Shown: positions 28,761 through 37,256, counted from the stretch's first letter. The stretch is DNA of 64,000 nucleotides from Candidatus Latescibacterota bacterium (GCA_965222605.1 OZ244960.1:1312001-1376000); one strand, 5' to 3'. The notes: generated by a model from the letters alone, not told the origin. Program-made: numbers and translations.

Positions 28761-31217
28761 ATGACAACATTTTTGAATGAAAACCAAACAGTAGCCTCTG
28801 CTGTGGGAGTCACATCCTATTTCCAGACGCGAGATACCACACACATAAACTTCTATAAGTTAATAAAAAACAAAGTATTACCCCCCCCCCCCCGCATTTC
28901 TCACACCTGGTATATCAGTTTACTGAGCCTTCTGCTCTTGCTATTTCCCCTATCCACACAGACCAGTAGCTTTTCCCTGTCTCTGGACTTAGATAATTCC
29001 GAAGGCGATCAGGCAGTCTCCTCTCTCGATGTCTTTCCCAATCGCGTTGTTCCCATTCAAATCTTCGGCACAGATATAGGGACTGCAAGCGATATCTCCC
29101 TGCGCTTTGAATTCGATCCCTCTCAGGTTGCTTACGAAGGATTCAAGCGGGCAAATATCGTATCGGGCACCTCTGCGCTTACGGGTAAGGATTTTGCAAA
29201 TATCGGGATAACCCTATCGGCAGGTAATGCATATAGTGGTCTTATAGGCACGATTCACTTTCGCACGAGCGAGGCGTTTTCTGGCACAGACATACGTCTA
29301 ATGCGTGCCAAACTTGTGCGAGGAGGACAGACCGAGACCGTATCGATGGACCTGAGCATTACCTTGCGGCTTGCGAAACCGCCTTCTCCGGACTTTAATG
29401 GCAATGGGATTGTAGATATCCCCGACTTTTTGCTCTTTGTTGATGTATTTGGTTCCCGAAGAGGTCAAGAGAGTTATGAGGCAAAATACGACCTTGATGT
29501 GGATGGCGAGATAGGGATCCCCGATTTTCTGATCTTTATCGATAGCTTCGGCAAAGTGGTCAACCGCGCACCGGTCTTCACGTCAGAGCCTCCTGTGATG
29601 CTCTCCGTAGATGAGAACACGCCATCGGGACAGACGATAGGTGATCCTATCTTAGCAACCGATGGCGATGGCCATACGCTTACCTATCGCCTCAGCGGTG
29701 CCGATGCAGACAGTTTTGCCATAGACGAGAGCACAGGACACATTCAGACGAAAGGGACGTACAACTTTGAGCAGCAGGACAGCTATTCCGTCACTGTCCA
29801 TGTTAGTGATGGCGAAGGTGGCGAAGCCAGTCTTGCTGTGAGCATCACTATCAACGACATCGATGAACCTCCAGGACAGCCTGCCCCACCGAGTGTCTCG
29901 GCGATCGCGCCCACAACCCTGACGGTAATCTGGACAGAACCTTCCAACACCGGTCCTGAGATCACCGACTACGATGTGCAATATCGACAAGTCGACAGTG
30001 ATGAGTTCATCGATGCGAATTATGACGGCACAGAACGGACGGTGCGTCTGACGGAACTGTTTTCAAGCACGCGCTATGCGATACAGGTGCGGGCGCACAA
30101 TGAAGAAGGCGCGAGTGAATGGTCTGAGTCGAGTGAGTGGAGCACCTCTGCGCTGTCGCTACCACCAGGAGGCGGCGGTACACCACCGCCACCACCGCCA
30201 CCACCGCCACCACCGCCACCACGACCACCACCACGACCTCAACCACCACCGCAACCACCACCGCCAATCGCCAGCATTTGTGATCGTGTGCCGCCGATAC
30301 GCGACGCAATCGTGAACGCGATTCCCGACGTGGATGCTTGCAGAGACGTGACGGAAAGCCACCTGGCCGAGATTGCTTCTCTGGACGTGAGACACAAGGA
30401 TATAAGGGGACTGGACGCCAGCGACTTTTCCGGTCTGACGGGCATGGAAGATCTCGTGTTGGAGCATGTCGATATAAGGGTGTTGCCCAATGGCGTTTTT
30501 TCCGGCCTGATCTCCTTAAAAAAGATCAAGATATACGACGGCCGTCTGAGCGAATTGAACGCCGATATCTTTTCCGGCCTGCCCGCGCTCGAAAGCCTCG
30601 ACTTGCGTGCCAACTATCTGACCACCTTACCCGCAGGCGTATTTTCCAGGCTGCCGAGCTTGAAGTCGATCTTCCTGTGGGGCAACAGATTGAGCTCCCT
30701 GGATGCTGGTACTTTTTTGGGTCTGCCGGTGCTGCAAAACCTCTCCCTGGCCGGCAACCAATTCAGCACCTTGCCGAAGAATGTGTTTTCCAATCTGCCG
30801 GCACTGGAAAAGCTCTACTTGTCTTACAATCAATTCAGCACCTTGCCAGAGAACATATTTTCCGGGCTGGAAGCCCTGAAATGGCTTGATCTGGAAGGCA
30901 ATCCCGGCACGCCCTTGCCCATTACGGTGTCGCTGGAACAGGTTGGAGCGGGCCAATTCAAGGCTAAAGCGCACGCCGGCGCGCCCTTTGATATCGCGTT
31001 GCCGATCAGTATCGCCAACGGCACCATTGACGGTGGGACAAGCAGCATCACGATCCATCAAGGTCAGGCCGAAAGCGATGTCATCAGGGTATCTCGCTCC
31101 CCCGGCACCACCGCTGTCGTCACCGTTGATATCGAACAGTTGCCTGCACTGCCACTGTTACATCAAGGCTATACTCTCGTCAAGTCTGCTGACTTGCCCC
31201 TGGTCGTTTTGGAATGA
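28761..31217 (+). CDS. Cassette 5: constant head + poly-Pro hinge + LRR solenoid with Cys N-cap; C13 tract upstream of the signal peptide
   Basis: 818-aa ORF, RBS-like AAGGA upstream of ATG. Head near-identical to cassettes 1-3; ICDRVPPIRDAIV..C N-cap; LRRs at ~30370-30900. Confidence 0.88.
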   Translation: MTTFLNENQTVASAVGVTSYFQTRDTTHINFYKLIKNKVLPPPPRISHTWYISLLSLLLLLFPLSTQTSSFSLSLDLDNSEGDQAVSSLDVFPNRVVPIQIFGTDIGTASDISLRFEFDPSQVAYEGFKRANIVSGTSALTGKDFANIGITLSAGNAYSGLIGTIHFRTSEAFSGTDIRLMRAKLVRGGQTETVSMDLSITLRLAKPPSPDFNGNGIVDIPDFLLFVDVFGSRRGQESYEAKYDLDVDGEIGIPDFLIFIDSFGKVVNRAPVFTSEPPVMLSVDENTPSGQTIGDPILATDGDGHTLTYRLSGADADSFAIDESTGHIQTKGTYNFEQQDSYSVTVHVSDGEGGEASLAVSITINDIDEPPGQPAPPSVSAIAPTTLTVIWTEPSNTGPEITDYDVQYRQVDSDEFIDANYDGTERTVRLTELFSSTRYAIQVRAHNEEGASEWSESSEWSTSALSLPPGGGGTPPPPPPPPPPPPPRPPPRPQPPPQPPPPIASICDRVPPIRDAIVNAIPDVDACRDVTESHLAEIASLDVRHKDIRGLDASDFSGLTGMEDLVLEHVDIRVLPNGVFSGLISLKKIKIYDGRLSELNADIFSGLPALESLDLRANYLTTLPAGVFSRLPSLKSIFLWGNRLSSLDAGTFLGLPVLQNLSLAGNQFSTLPKNVFSNLPALEKLYLSYNQFSTLPENIFSGLEALKWLDLEGNPGTPLPITVSLEQVGAGQFKAKAHAGAPFDIALPISIANGTIDGGTSSITIHQGQAESDVIRVSRSPGTTAVVTVDIEQLPALPLLHQGYTLVKSADLPLVVLE
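28881..28893 (+). repeat. Homopolymeric C13 tract in 5' coding region (candidate phase-variation switch)
   Basis: Thirteen consecutive C between GTATTA and GCATTTC; the current length keeps the ORF in frame. Confidence 0.85.
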
Positions 31218-31351
31218 ACCGCGAGGTAAACGAACCAGCAAGGCCGCTTACATCTCACCGGGATGAGAGTCTCTATGGTCTTATTCCATAACGCCTCCTC
31301 TGCAAAGCCCAATAATACAACTTTAATTTCTCCAACCCCCAAGAGGTATTC

Positions 31352-31620
31352 ATGTCCAACAAACCAAACTGGAGTTACCCCGCTTTAGTGTATGGTACAG
31401 AAGGTTCCACCGAAGCATCTTATGTCAACTGTTATACACCAAAACGAGTCAAGACCGGTCTAACCTCACCATACACCCCGCCGCGAACAATCAAGGGACA
31501 ATTCTTTCACCATGCCGCTCAAATGCATTGCGGGTCACCTTGTCGAAGCCGAAATGGTCGAAGTACCGGACGCTTTCCCTGGCGTCATGGAATCGACAAT
31601 CCTCAAAATACGGGTAATCG
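31352..31620 (+). pseudogene. Possible degraded sulfatase N-terminal relic interrupted by the 53-bp repeat
   Basis: GAGG RBS + MSNKPN (typical sulfatase start), then the repeat, then FHHA...CGSPCRSR....TGRFPWRHGI resembling F..A...P.C.PSR....TGR.P..HG. Confidence 0.4.
31368..31420 (+). repeat. 53-bp direct repeat, copy 2 (right flank of giant-protein array)
   Basis: ACTGGAGTTACCCCGCTTTAGTGTATGGTACAGAAGGTTCCACCGAAGCATCT; 3 mismatches to 1405-1457. Confidence 0.9.
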
Positions 31621-31701
31621 GCGAACGATGAACCACCGAGAAACGATGATATCTTACCCGTGGGCTATTCAGAACTACAAATACCCAAAGCTACCTAATA
31701 G

Positions 31702-31736
31702 AAAACGCCTGAGCTATAACACTCAGGCGTTTTTTT
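31702..31736. terminator. Bidirectional intrinsic terminator
   Basis: AAAACGCCTGAG-ctataaca-CTCAGGCGTTTTTTT stem-loop, flanked by A and T runs, at the 3' end of the 31735-32109 gene. Confidence 0.8.
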
Positions 31737-32109
31737 AATTTGTGATGGCAATGCCGTGTTTGCGGCAGAGTTTGCGAAGTTTTTTCACAGCACCACCCAC
31801 GGATTTTCCGTTTCGCGTAATGCCGAACAAATGCTGGCTGACCACCCTGCGCGAAATACCCATAATTTCTGAGATTTCTCGCTGGGTCTTGCCGTATTTG
31901 AAATACAATACAGCAGCTTCAAATTGTTTTTGCGTAAGCGATCGATTTAAGAGGGTATTGATCTGTGGGATGAGACGCCCAATCCGGTCTTCATGTTTAT
32001 AGCGCAAATTTTGGTCTTCGGGCGATTCGTACCACAGGCCAACATCATCCGGCATCATTTCCAGGTCTGATTGATCTAATTGAACTTCCCAAAAATCAGG
32101 ATTGTACAT
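31735..32109 (-). CDS. Sigma-70 region 4 / HTH-only regulatory protein
   Basis: 124 aa; LTQKQFEAAVLYFKYGKTQREISEIMGISRRVVSQHL...AVKKLRK fits sigma region 4; no region 2; strong GGAGGAG RBS. Confidence 0.8.
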   Translation of the reverse strand: MYNPDFWEVQLDQSDLEMMPDDVGLWYESPEDQNLRYKHEDRIGRLIPQINTLLNRSLTQKQFEAAVLYFKYGKTQREISEIMGISRRVVSQHLFGITRNGKSVGGAVKKLRKLCRKHGIAITN

Positions 32110-32232
32110 TTGTCCGTTCGTCTCCTCCAGGGAATGAATATGTCGGGCGAAAAACTACCACACATACCAGACCCGCGGCTCCGGAGGAACGACAATGCTA
32201 CGACGGACAGATTGTGAACGACCAAACCGCCG

Positions 32233-32298
32233 TCAGCACCTTACCGGAGGCGAACCGGGTATGTTATTTGTCGTAACCGCGAAAATTAAAGCCTTCAT
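32233..32298 (-). CDS. Putative 21-aa leader peptide MKALIFAVTTNNIPGSPPVRC
   Basis: Perfect AAAGGAGG SD 4 nt before ATG; lies directly upstream of the structured leader of the sigma-r4 gene. Confidence 0.5.
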   Translation of the reverse strand: MKALIFAVTTNNIPGSPPVRC

Positions 32299-32426
32299 GT
32301 TGCCTCCTTTCAAATAGACATGCTGATAAATAAACAACCACCCCAAAAACTGCGGGAATCTTGCTGCATTGTCAAGACATACGTCTCCGCCCTTACACCA
32401 GCATGGATGCACTTTTGGGCGCGTTA

Positions 32427-33758
32427 TCAAAAAGATTTTTTCTTTTTCAATTCATCCCACCAATCCATAAGTGCGCGAATGTGTTTTTCATAGCCGCGAT
32501 CTGTGGGATGATAATAAGTGCGGTCTCTCAAGTTATCGGGAAAATACACTTGCTCAATATAGCCATCCGGATCGTCATGTGCGTATTTATACCCCTTGCC
32601 GTAATCGAGATCTTTCATGAGCTTTGTCGGCGCATTGCGAATATGCAGGGGCACGGGCAGATTAGGATGCTTTTCAACATCGGAAAGTGCGTTATTATAC
32701 GCGGTATAAACAGCATTGCTCTTGGGAGCTGTGGCGAGATAAACCGTCGCCTGAGCAATGGCTAAATCGCCTTCGGGACTGCCCAGAAAGTCGTAGGCTT
32801 CGCGGGCATTGAGCGCAACTTGCAAAGCGCGCGGGTCGGCAGTGCCCACATCTTCAGAAGCAAAGCGGATCATGCGCCTCAAAATATAATGCGGATGCTC
32901 ACCCGACGCCATCATACGAGCGAGCCAATACAGCGCGGCATGTGGGTCGCTACCGCGAAGACTTTTGTGAAAAGCCGAGATGATATTGTAGTGTTCTTCG
33001 CCAGTTTTGTCGTAAAGATGAGCCTTGCGACCGAGGATTTCGCGTACCATTTCGGGCGTGGGGTCGCAACCTGTAGCTTCAACAGCCGCAGCAACCGTTT
33101 CAAGCGCATTGAGAGATCGGCGGGCATCGCCCTCCGCAGTCTCGGCGATGAGATCCAAAGCCTGGTCATCAATCTGCAAATCGGGAAACCCGTGTTCCGA
33201 ATCGGCAATTGCGCGGTCCAGCACCTGGCGAATATGGGACGTATCGAGCAAATTGAGCACAAAAACGCGAGTGCGTGAAAGCAGGGCTGAATTGACCTCA
33301 AAAGAGGGATTTTCAGTAGTGGCGCCAATGAGCGTGATAACACCATTTTCGACATGGGGCAAAAAAGCATCTTGCTGCGCTTTGTTAAAACGGTGAATCT
33401 CATCTACAAAAAAGATGGTGCGCCTACCCAGGCGCCGTTCTTCTCGCGCCCGTGCAATAATTTCTCGCGCCTCTTTGACACCCGCGGTAACCGCGCTAAA
33501 GGATACAAAACGACTCTGCGTCGTCCCGGCAATAACCCGAGCCAGCGTTGTCTTGCCCGAACCCGGTGGTCCCCAGAAAATCATGGACGGCAAGCGGTCG
33601 CTTTCGATAAGCACGCGAAGGGGCGCACCCGGCCCAACGAGGTGATCCTGCCCCACAATATCGTCCAGCACCTGGGGACGCAGGCGTTCGGCCAAAGGCG
33701 CGTCTGTAATCTCCTGCGCGGTTTGTGATACGGGTTTAATAAAAAGGTCTTCGTTCAT
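32427..33758 (-). CDS. rarA: Replication-associated recombination protein A (AAA+ ATPase MgsA/RarA)
   Basis: PLAERLRP, WGPPGSGKTT, DEIHRFNKAQQD, GATTENPSF, SAFHKSLRGSD, VPLHIRNAPT. Start MNEDLF at 33758 with GAGGTG RBS. Confidence 0.96.
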   Translation of the reverse strand: MNEDLFIKPVSQTAQEITDAPLAERLRPQVLDDIVGQDHLVGPGAPLRVLIESDRLPSMIFWGPPGSGKTTLARVIAGTTQSRFVSFSAVTAGVKEAREIIARAREERRLGRRTIFFVDEIHRFNKAQQDAFLPHVENGVITLIGATTENPSFEVNSALLSRTRVFVLNLLDTSHIRQVLDRAIADSEHGFPDLQIDDQALDLIAETAEGDARRSLNALETVAAAVEATGCDPTPEMVREILGRKAHLYDKTGEEHYNIISAFHKSLRGSDPHAALYWLARMMASGEHPHYILRRMIRFASEDVGTADPRALQVALNAREAYDFLGSPEGDLAIAQATVYLATAPKSNAVYTAYNNALSDVEKHPNLPVPLHIRNAPTKLMKDLDYGKGYKYAHDDPDGYIEQVYFPDNLRDRTYYHPTDRGYEKHIRALMDWWDELKKKKSF

Positions 33759-33887
33759 AGCTCTCACCTCTCGCCAAAATATACTCAGATTTCCATACTT
33801 TCGCCAATACTCGGAAAAGTGCTTGTGAACGCATCTGGTTTCGCTATTTTGAAACCTATTCTCCCATCCCAATTCTGAAAGGACCTT

Positions 33888-36065
33888 ATGATAGAAAAAC
33901 ACGACATGACCGAAGAACAAATTCGCAGCTATTACGGCTGGGCAGAAATTGACCCAGACCGAGCGGTTGTCGCCGGAGAAACGGGCACATGGCGCATTGT
34001 ATATCACGTGGGCAAATACGGAATAGACGATGGCGGTGTGATCAAAATCGCTTGGCGCGACGTAAGCGACTGGCAACGACCGCAATTTGAAGATCCTGCC
34101 GCGCCTGCTTATGCATCGGTCTCGACCACAGGACCGGCGACCTTAAAAGCCGTATTTGACAGACAGCGCTATATTCGACCGTGGCGATATTGCGTGACCA
34201 TCGATGTATTTGACGATTCGTTATCCGAAGGCGATACCGTAACGCTGGTATTGGGTGATACATCGGGCGGAGGTAGCCGCGCGCAAACCTTTTGCAAAGA
34301 TGCGTTTGAATTTCGGGTATCGGTTGACTGGTGCGGCACATGGGTATATACAGAAGTACCATCCCCCAAAGTACCAATCGTAAGCGGCGCGCCCAATAAA
34401 ATCATCGTACTGGGACCTTCTGAAACAACGCCGGGAGAAGCGACCTGGATCGGTATAAAAGCCGAAGACATGTGGGGCAATCCGTGTGCGAAATACAGGG
34501 GCACGGTAAAAATCGACGCCGATGGACTGGACGGACTACCCGAAACATTTGCATTTCAGCCAGAGCATCGCGGCGCAATGCGATTTGAAAACGCGACAGC
34601 ACCGACAACGGGCATTTATCGCGTACGGGTTCGGGATGAAAACAATGGATTTGAGGCAGAGTGCAATCCGCTAATATGCATTGAAACGCGCAAAGACGCG
34701 CAACCCTTTTGGGGAGATCTACACGGGCAAAGTGAAGAAACAGTGGGAACCAATCCAGTATCGTCATACTTTCGTTTTGCGCGAGAAAAGGCGTGGATGG
34801 ATTTTGCAGGACATCAGGGGAATGACTTTCAGATTACAGAAGCAGTCTGGAATGAAATCAAACACCAGGCCAATACACAAAATACTGCGGGCAAATTCGT
34901 GGCCTTTGTCGGTTGGGAATGGTCGGGCAACACACCTTTGGGTGGCGATCACAATGTCTATTATCCCGGCGATGATGGACCATTGCACCGCTCCAGCCAT
35001 GTCTTGATCGAAGACAAGTCAGATATAGATACAGATTGTCAGCACATAACCGACCTCTACCGCGCACTCAAAGGAAAAGACGCGCTGCTAATACCGCATG
35101 TGGGCGGGCGCTATGCCAACCTGACCTGGCATGATCCAAATCTGGAGACTGTGATTGAGGTCCTATCGGAATGGGGCGAATTTGAATGGTTCTTAAAAGA
35201 AGCCCTTGAAAAAGGCTATCGCATCGGATTTACCTGTGGCAGTGACGATCACAAAGGCCGCCCGGGTGCAGCACATCCAGGCAGTGGTGCATTCGGTATT
35301 TACGGTGGAATCACATGTGTATATGCAAAAGAACTGACGCGAGAAAGCTTATGGGAGGCAATAAAAACAAGGCGATGTTATGGCACCAGTGGACAGCGCA
35401 TCCTCATAGATGTCACCGTAGGTGGACAGCCCATGGGATCGGACCTATCAACGAATACGCCACCCGAAATCGCCGTCAAAGTTTGGGGCACTGCGCCAAT
35501 AGAAAAAGTGGATATCTTCAGAGGCACACAAATTATTTATACACATCCCCAAACCATTCCCCGGCAACAAAATCGCATACGCATCGCGTGGTCGGGGCAA
35601 CGCATCAGGGCGCGCAACCGACTCGTGCGCTGGGATGGCGAGATAACGATAGACAAAGGGAGAATCGCAAATGCCAGAGGCTTTGCCTTTGACTCGGCAT
35701 CCGAAGGCATTCAATCTGCCGACGACCAATCGGTCGCGTGGACATCGGTGACAACCGGCGATGCCGACGGTGTGATTTTAACTCTAGATGCTCCGCCCGA
35801 TGCAACAATCAATTTTGGAACACCCGTCCTATCACAAGCGTTAAAACTTACAGAAATAGCAAAAGGGCCGGTTGTAATCGACGCAGGTGGTATTGATATG
35901 CAGGTGGTATTTGAACAAATGCCCATAGGCATTGGACGCGACATCGCATTTACTTATACCGAAAACCAGTTACATCCCGGCTGTCATCCCTATTGGGTGC
36001 GCGTAACGCAAATAGATGGTGGAAAAGCGTGGGTGAGTCCGGTGTATGTGCAGAACGGTGTATAA
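33888..36065 (+). CDS. DUF3604 / PHP-like metallohydrolase domain protein
   Basis: FWGDLHGQS, GWEWS, GDHNVY, IPHVGG, GSDDHKGRPG, RRCYGTSG, YWVRVTQ..AWVSPVY. Confidence 0.85.
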   Translation: MIEKHDMTEEQIRSYYGWAEIDPDRAVVAGETGTWRIVYHVGKYGIDDGGVIKIAWRDVSDWQRPQFEDPAAPAYASVSTTGPATLKAVFDRQRYIRPWRYCVTIDVFDDSLSEGDTVTLVLGDTSGGGSRAQTFCKDAFEFRVSVDWCGTWVYTEVPSPKVPIVSGAPNKIIVLGPSETTPGEATWIGIKAEDMWGNPCAKYRGTVKIDADGLDGLPETFAFQPEHRGAMRFENATAPTTGIYRVRVRDENNGFEAECNPLICIETRKDAQPFWGDLHGQSEETVGTNPVSSYFRFAREKAWMDFAGHQGNDFQITEAVWNEIKHQANTQNTAGKFVAFVGWEWSGNTPLGGDHNVYYPGDDGPLHRSSHVLIEDKSDIDTDCQHITDLYRALKGKDALLIPHVGGRYANLTWHDPNLETVIEVLSEWGEFEWFLKEALEKGYRIGFTCGSDDHKGRPGAAHPGSGAFGIYGGITCVYAKELTRESLWEAIKTRRCYGTSGQRILIDVTVGGQPMGSDLSTNTPPEIAVKVWGTAPIEKVDIFRGTQIIYTHPQTIPRQQNRIRIAWSGQRIRARNRLVRWDGEITIDKGRIANARGFAFDSASEGIQSADDQSVAWTSVTTGDADGVILTLDAPPDATINFGTPVLSQALKLTEIAKGPVVIDAGGIDMQVVFEQMPIGIGRDIAFTYTENQLHPGCHPYWVRVTQIDGGKAWVSPVYVQNGV

Positions 36066-36110
36066 CTGGTCGCAGTCCAGACCAGTTCACTAAAAAAAAG
36101 GAAATATAAC

Positions 36111-37082
36111 ATGAACGAATACGCCGTAACATTCACCGAACGCGAAACCGCAAAATTGCTACCAGTTGAAATCGATACAGACGCGATCGGTGCAGACGAA
36201 GTCGCAGGTCATACCCTTGCGACCCTCATCAGCGCGGGCACGGAATTAAACAGCGGGTATCTCGGCAACAATTTTCCCAGACAGTCGGGATACGCAGCGG
36301 CCTTCAAAGTTGAAAAAGTAGGGGGAAATGTCGCGGGTATTTCGCCGGGCGATCTCGTCTTCTGCCCGGGCAATCATGCATCCTATCAGCGAAAGCCCGC
36401 CTCGCAGGTGATTCGCCTGCCCGACGGCCTCGCGCCAGAAACATCTGTATTTGCCCGCATGATGGGTGTCTCAATGACCACTCTAACAACCACCTCGGCG
36501 CGGCCACCCGCCAAAATTCTCATCACTGGGCTCGGCCTCGTCGGCCATCTGGCAGCCAAAAACTTTCAGGCCTGCGGCTACGAAGTCTATGCCTGTGACC
36601 CGGTTGCCTCGCGGCGGCAAATTGCCTCAGAAACGGGGATTCACAATGTGCTGGATGCCGTGCCATTGGAAAATCCCGACCTCTTGGGCCAATTCCAACT
36701 CGCCATTGAATGCTCGGGACACGAACAAGCCCTGCTCGATGCAGCAGGCGCCGTGAGAAAACGTGCCGAAGTCGTTTGCATAGCCTCCCCCTGGCGTCGA
36801 TATACAGATCTGCTCATACACGATTTGCACCGCCTCATCTTCTTTAACTACGTCGCCATCCGCAGCGGCTGGGAATGGGAACTGCCGCGCCAGCCAGAAG
36901 ACTTTCGCACCAACAGCGTTTTTGAAAACTTTGCCGGTGCCCTCAAATGGTTGGCCGAGGGCAGCGTCACTGTCGATGGCATCTACACAACATACGATCC
37001 CGAAAGATGCCAGCAAGCATATCGTGACCTTTTGCACAAAAAAACTGAACGCCTCGCGGTCGTCTTTGACTGGACGACTTGA
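36111..37082 (+). CDS. Medium-chain (zinc-binding alcohol) dehydrogenase family protein
   Basis: LISAGTE, GY, GDLVF, Rossmann GLGLVG, IECSG; AAGGA RBS. Confidence 0.88.
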   Translation: MNEYAVTFTERETAKLLPVEIDTDAIGADEVAGHTLATLISAGTELNSGYLGNNFPRQSGYAAAFKVEKVGGNVAGISPGDLVFCPGNHASYQRKPASQVIRLPDGLAPETSVFARMMGVSMTTLTTTSARPPAKILITGLGLVGHLAAKNFQACGYEVYACDPVASRRQIASETGIHNVLDAVPLENPDLLGQFQLAIECSGHEQALLDAAGAVRKRAEVVCIASPWRRYTDLLIHDLHRLIFFNYVAIRSGWEWELPRQPEDFRTNSVFENFAGALKWLAEGSVTVDGIYTTYDPERCQQAYRDLLHKKTERLAVVFDWTT

Positions 37083-37256
37083 GATTGGCGATTAGAGATA
37101 ACTTCAAAAAATAGGGAGGGATAACCGAACCGACTCCAGGTTTGTTTTTCACAGTTCACCGTTGGGCGACTTGAGATCCGCGGTTAGACACAACCTTAAA
37201 AAATAGTGAGGTGACAACCGAATTGACTCCGAGTTTGTTTTTCGCAGTTCACCGTT
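37075..37256 (+). repeat. Two diverged tandem copies of a ~90-bp unit (period 92)
   Basis: CGACTTGAGAT...AAAAAATAG.GAGG..A.AACCGAA..GACTCC..GTTTGTTTTTC.CAGTTCACCGTT at 37075-37163 and 37167-37256. Confidence 0.88.

Noticed and set aside
1591-31217. Diversity-generating retroelement as the cause of repeat variation
   Set aside because: No reverse transcriptase in the window, and differences between repeats are not adenine-specific.
33759-34085. 109-aa N-terminal extension of RarA in the ORF track
   Set aside because: Overlaps the divergent DUF3604 gene; a good RBS and family homology begin at 33758.
37075-37256. CRISPR array or known riboswitch
   Set aside because: Two contiguous ~90-bp units without unique spacers, no cas genes, and no aptamer consensus that I recognise.
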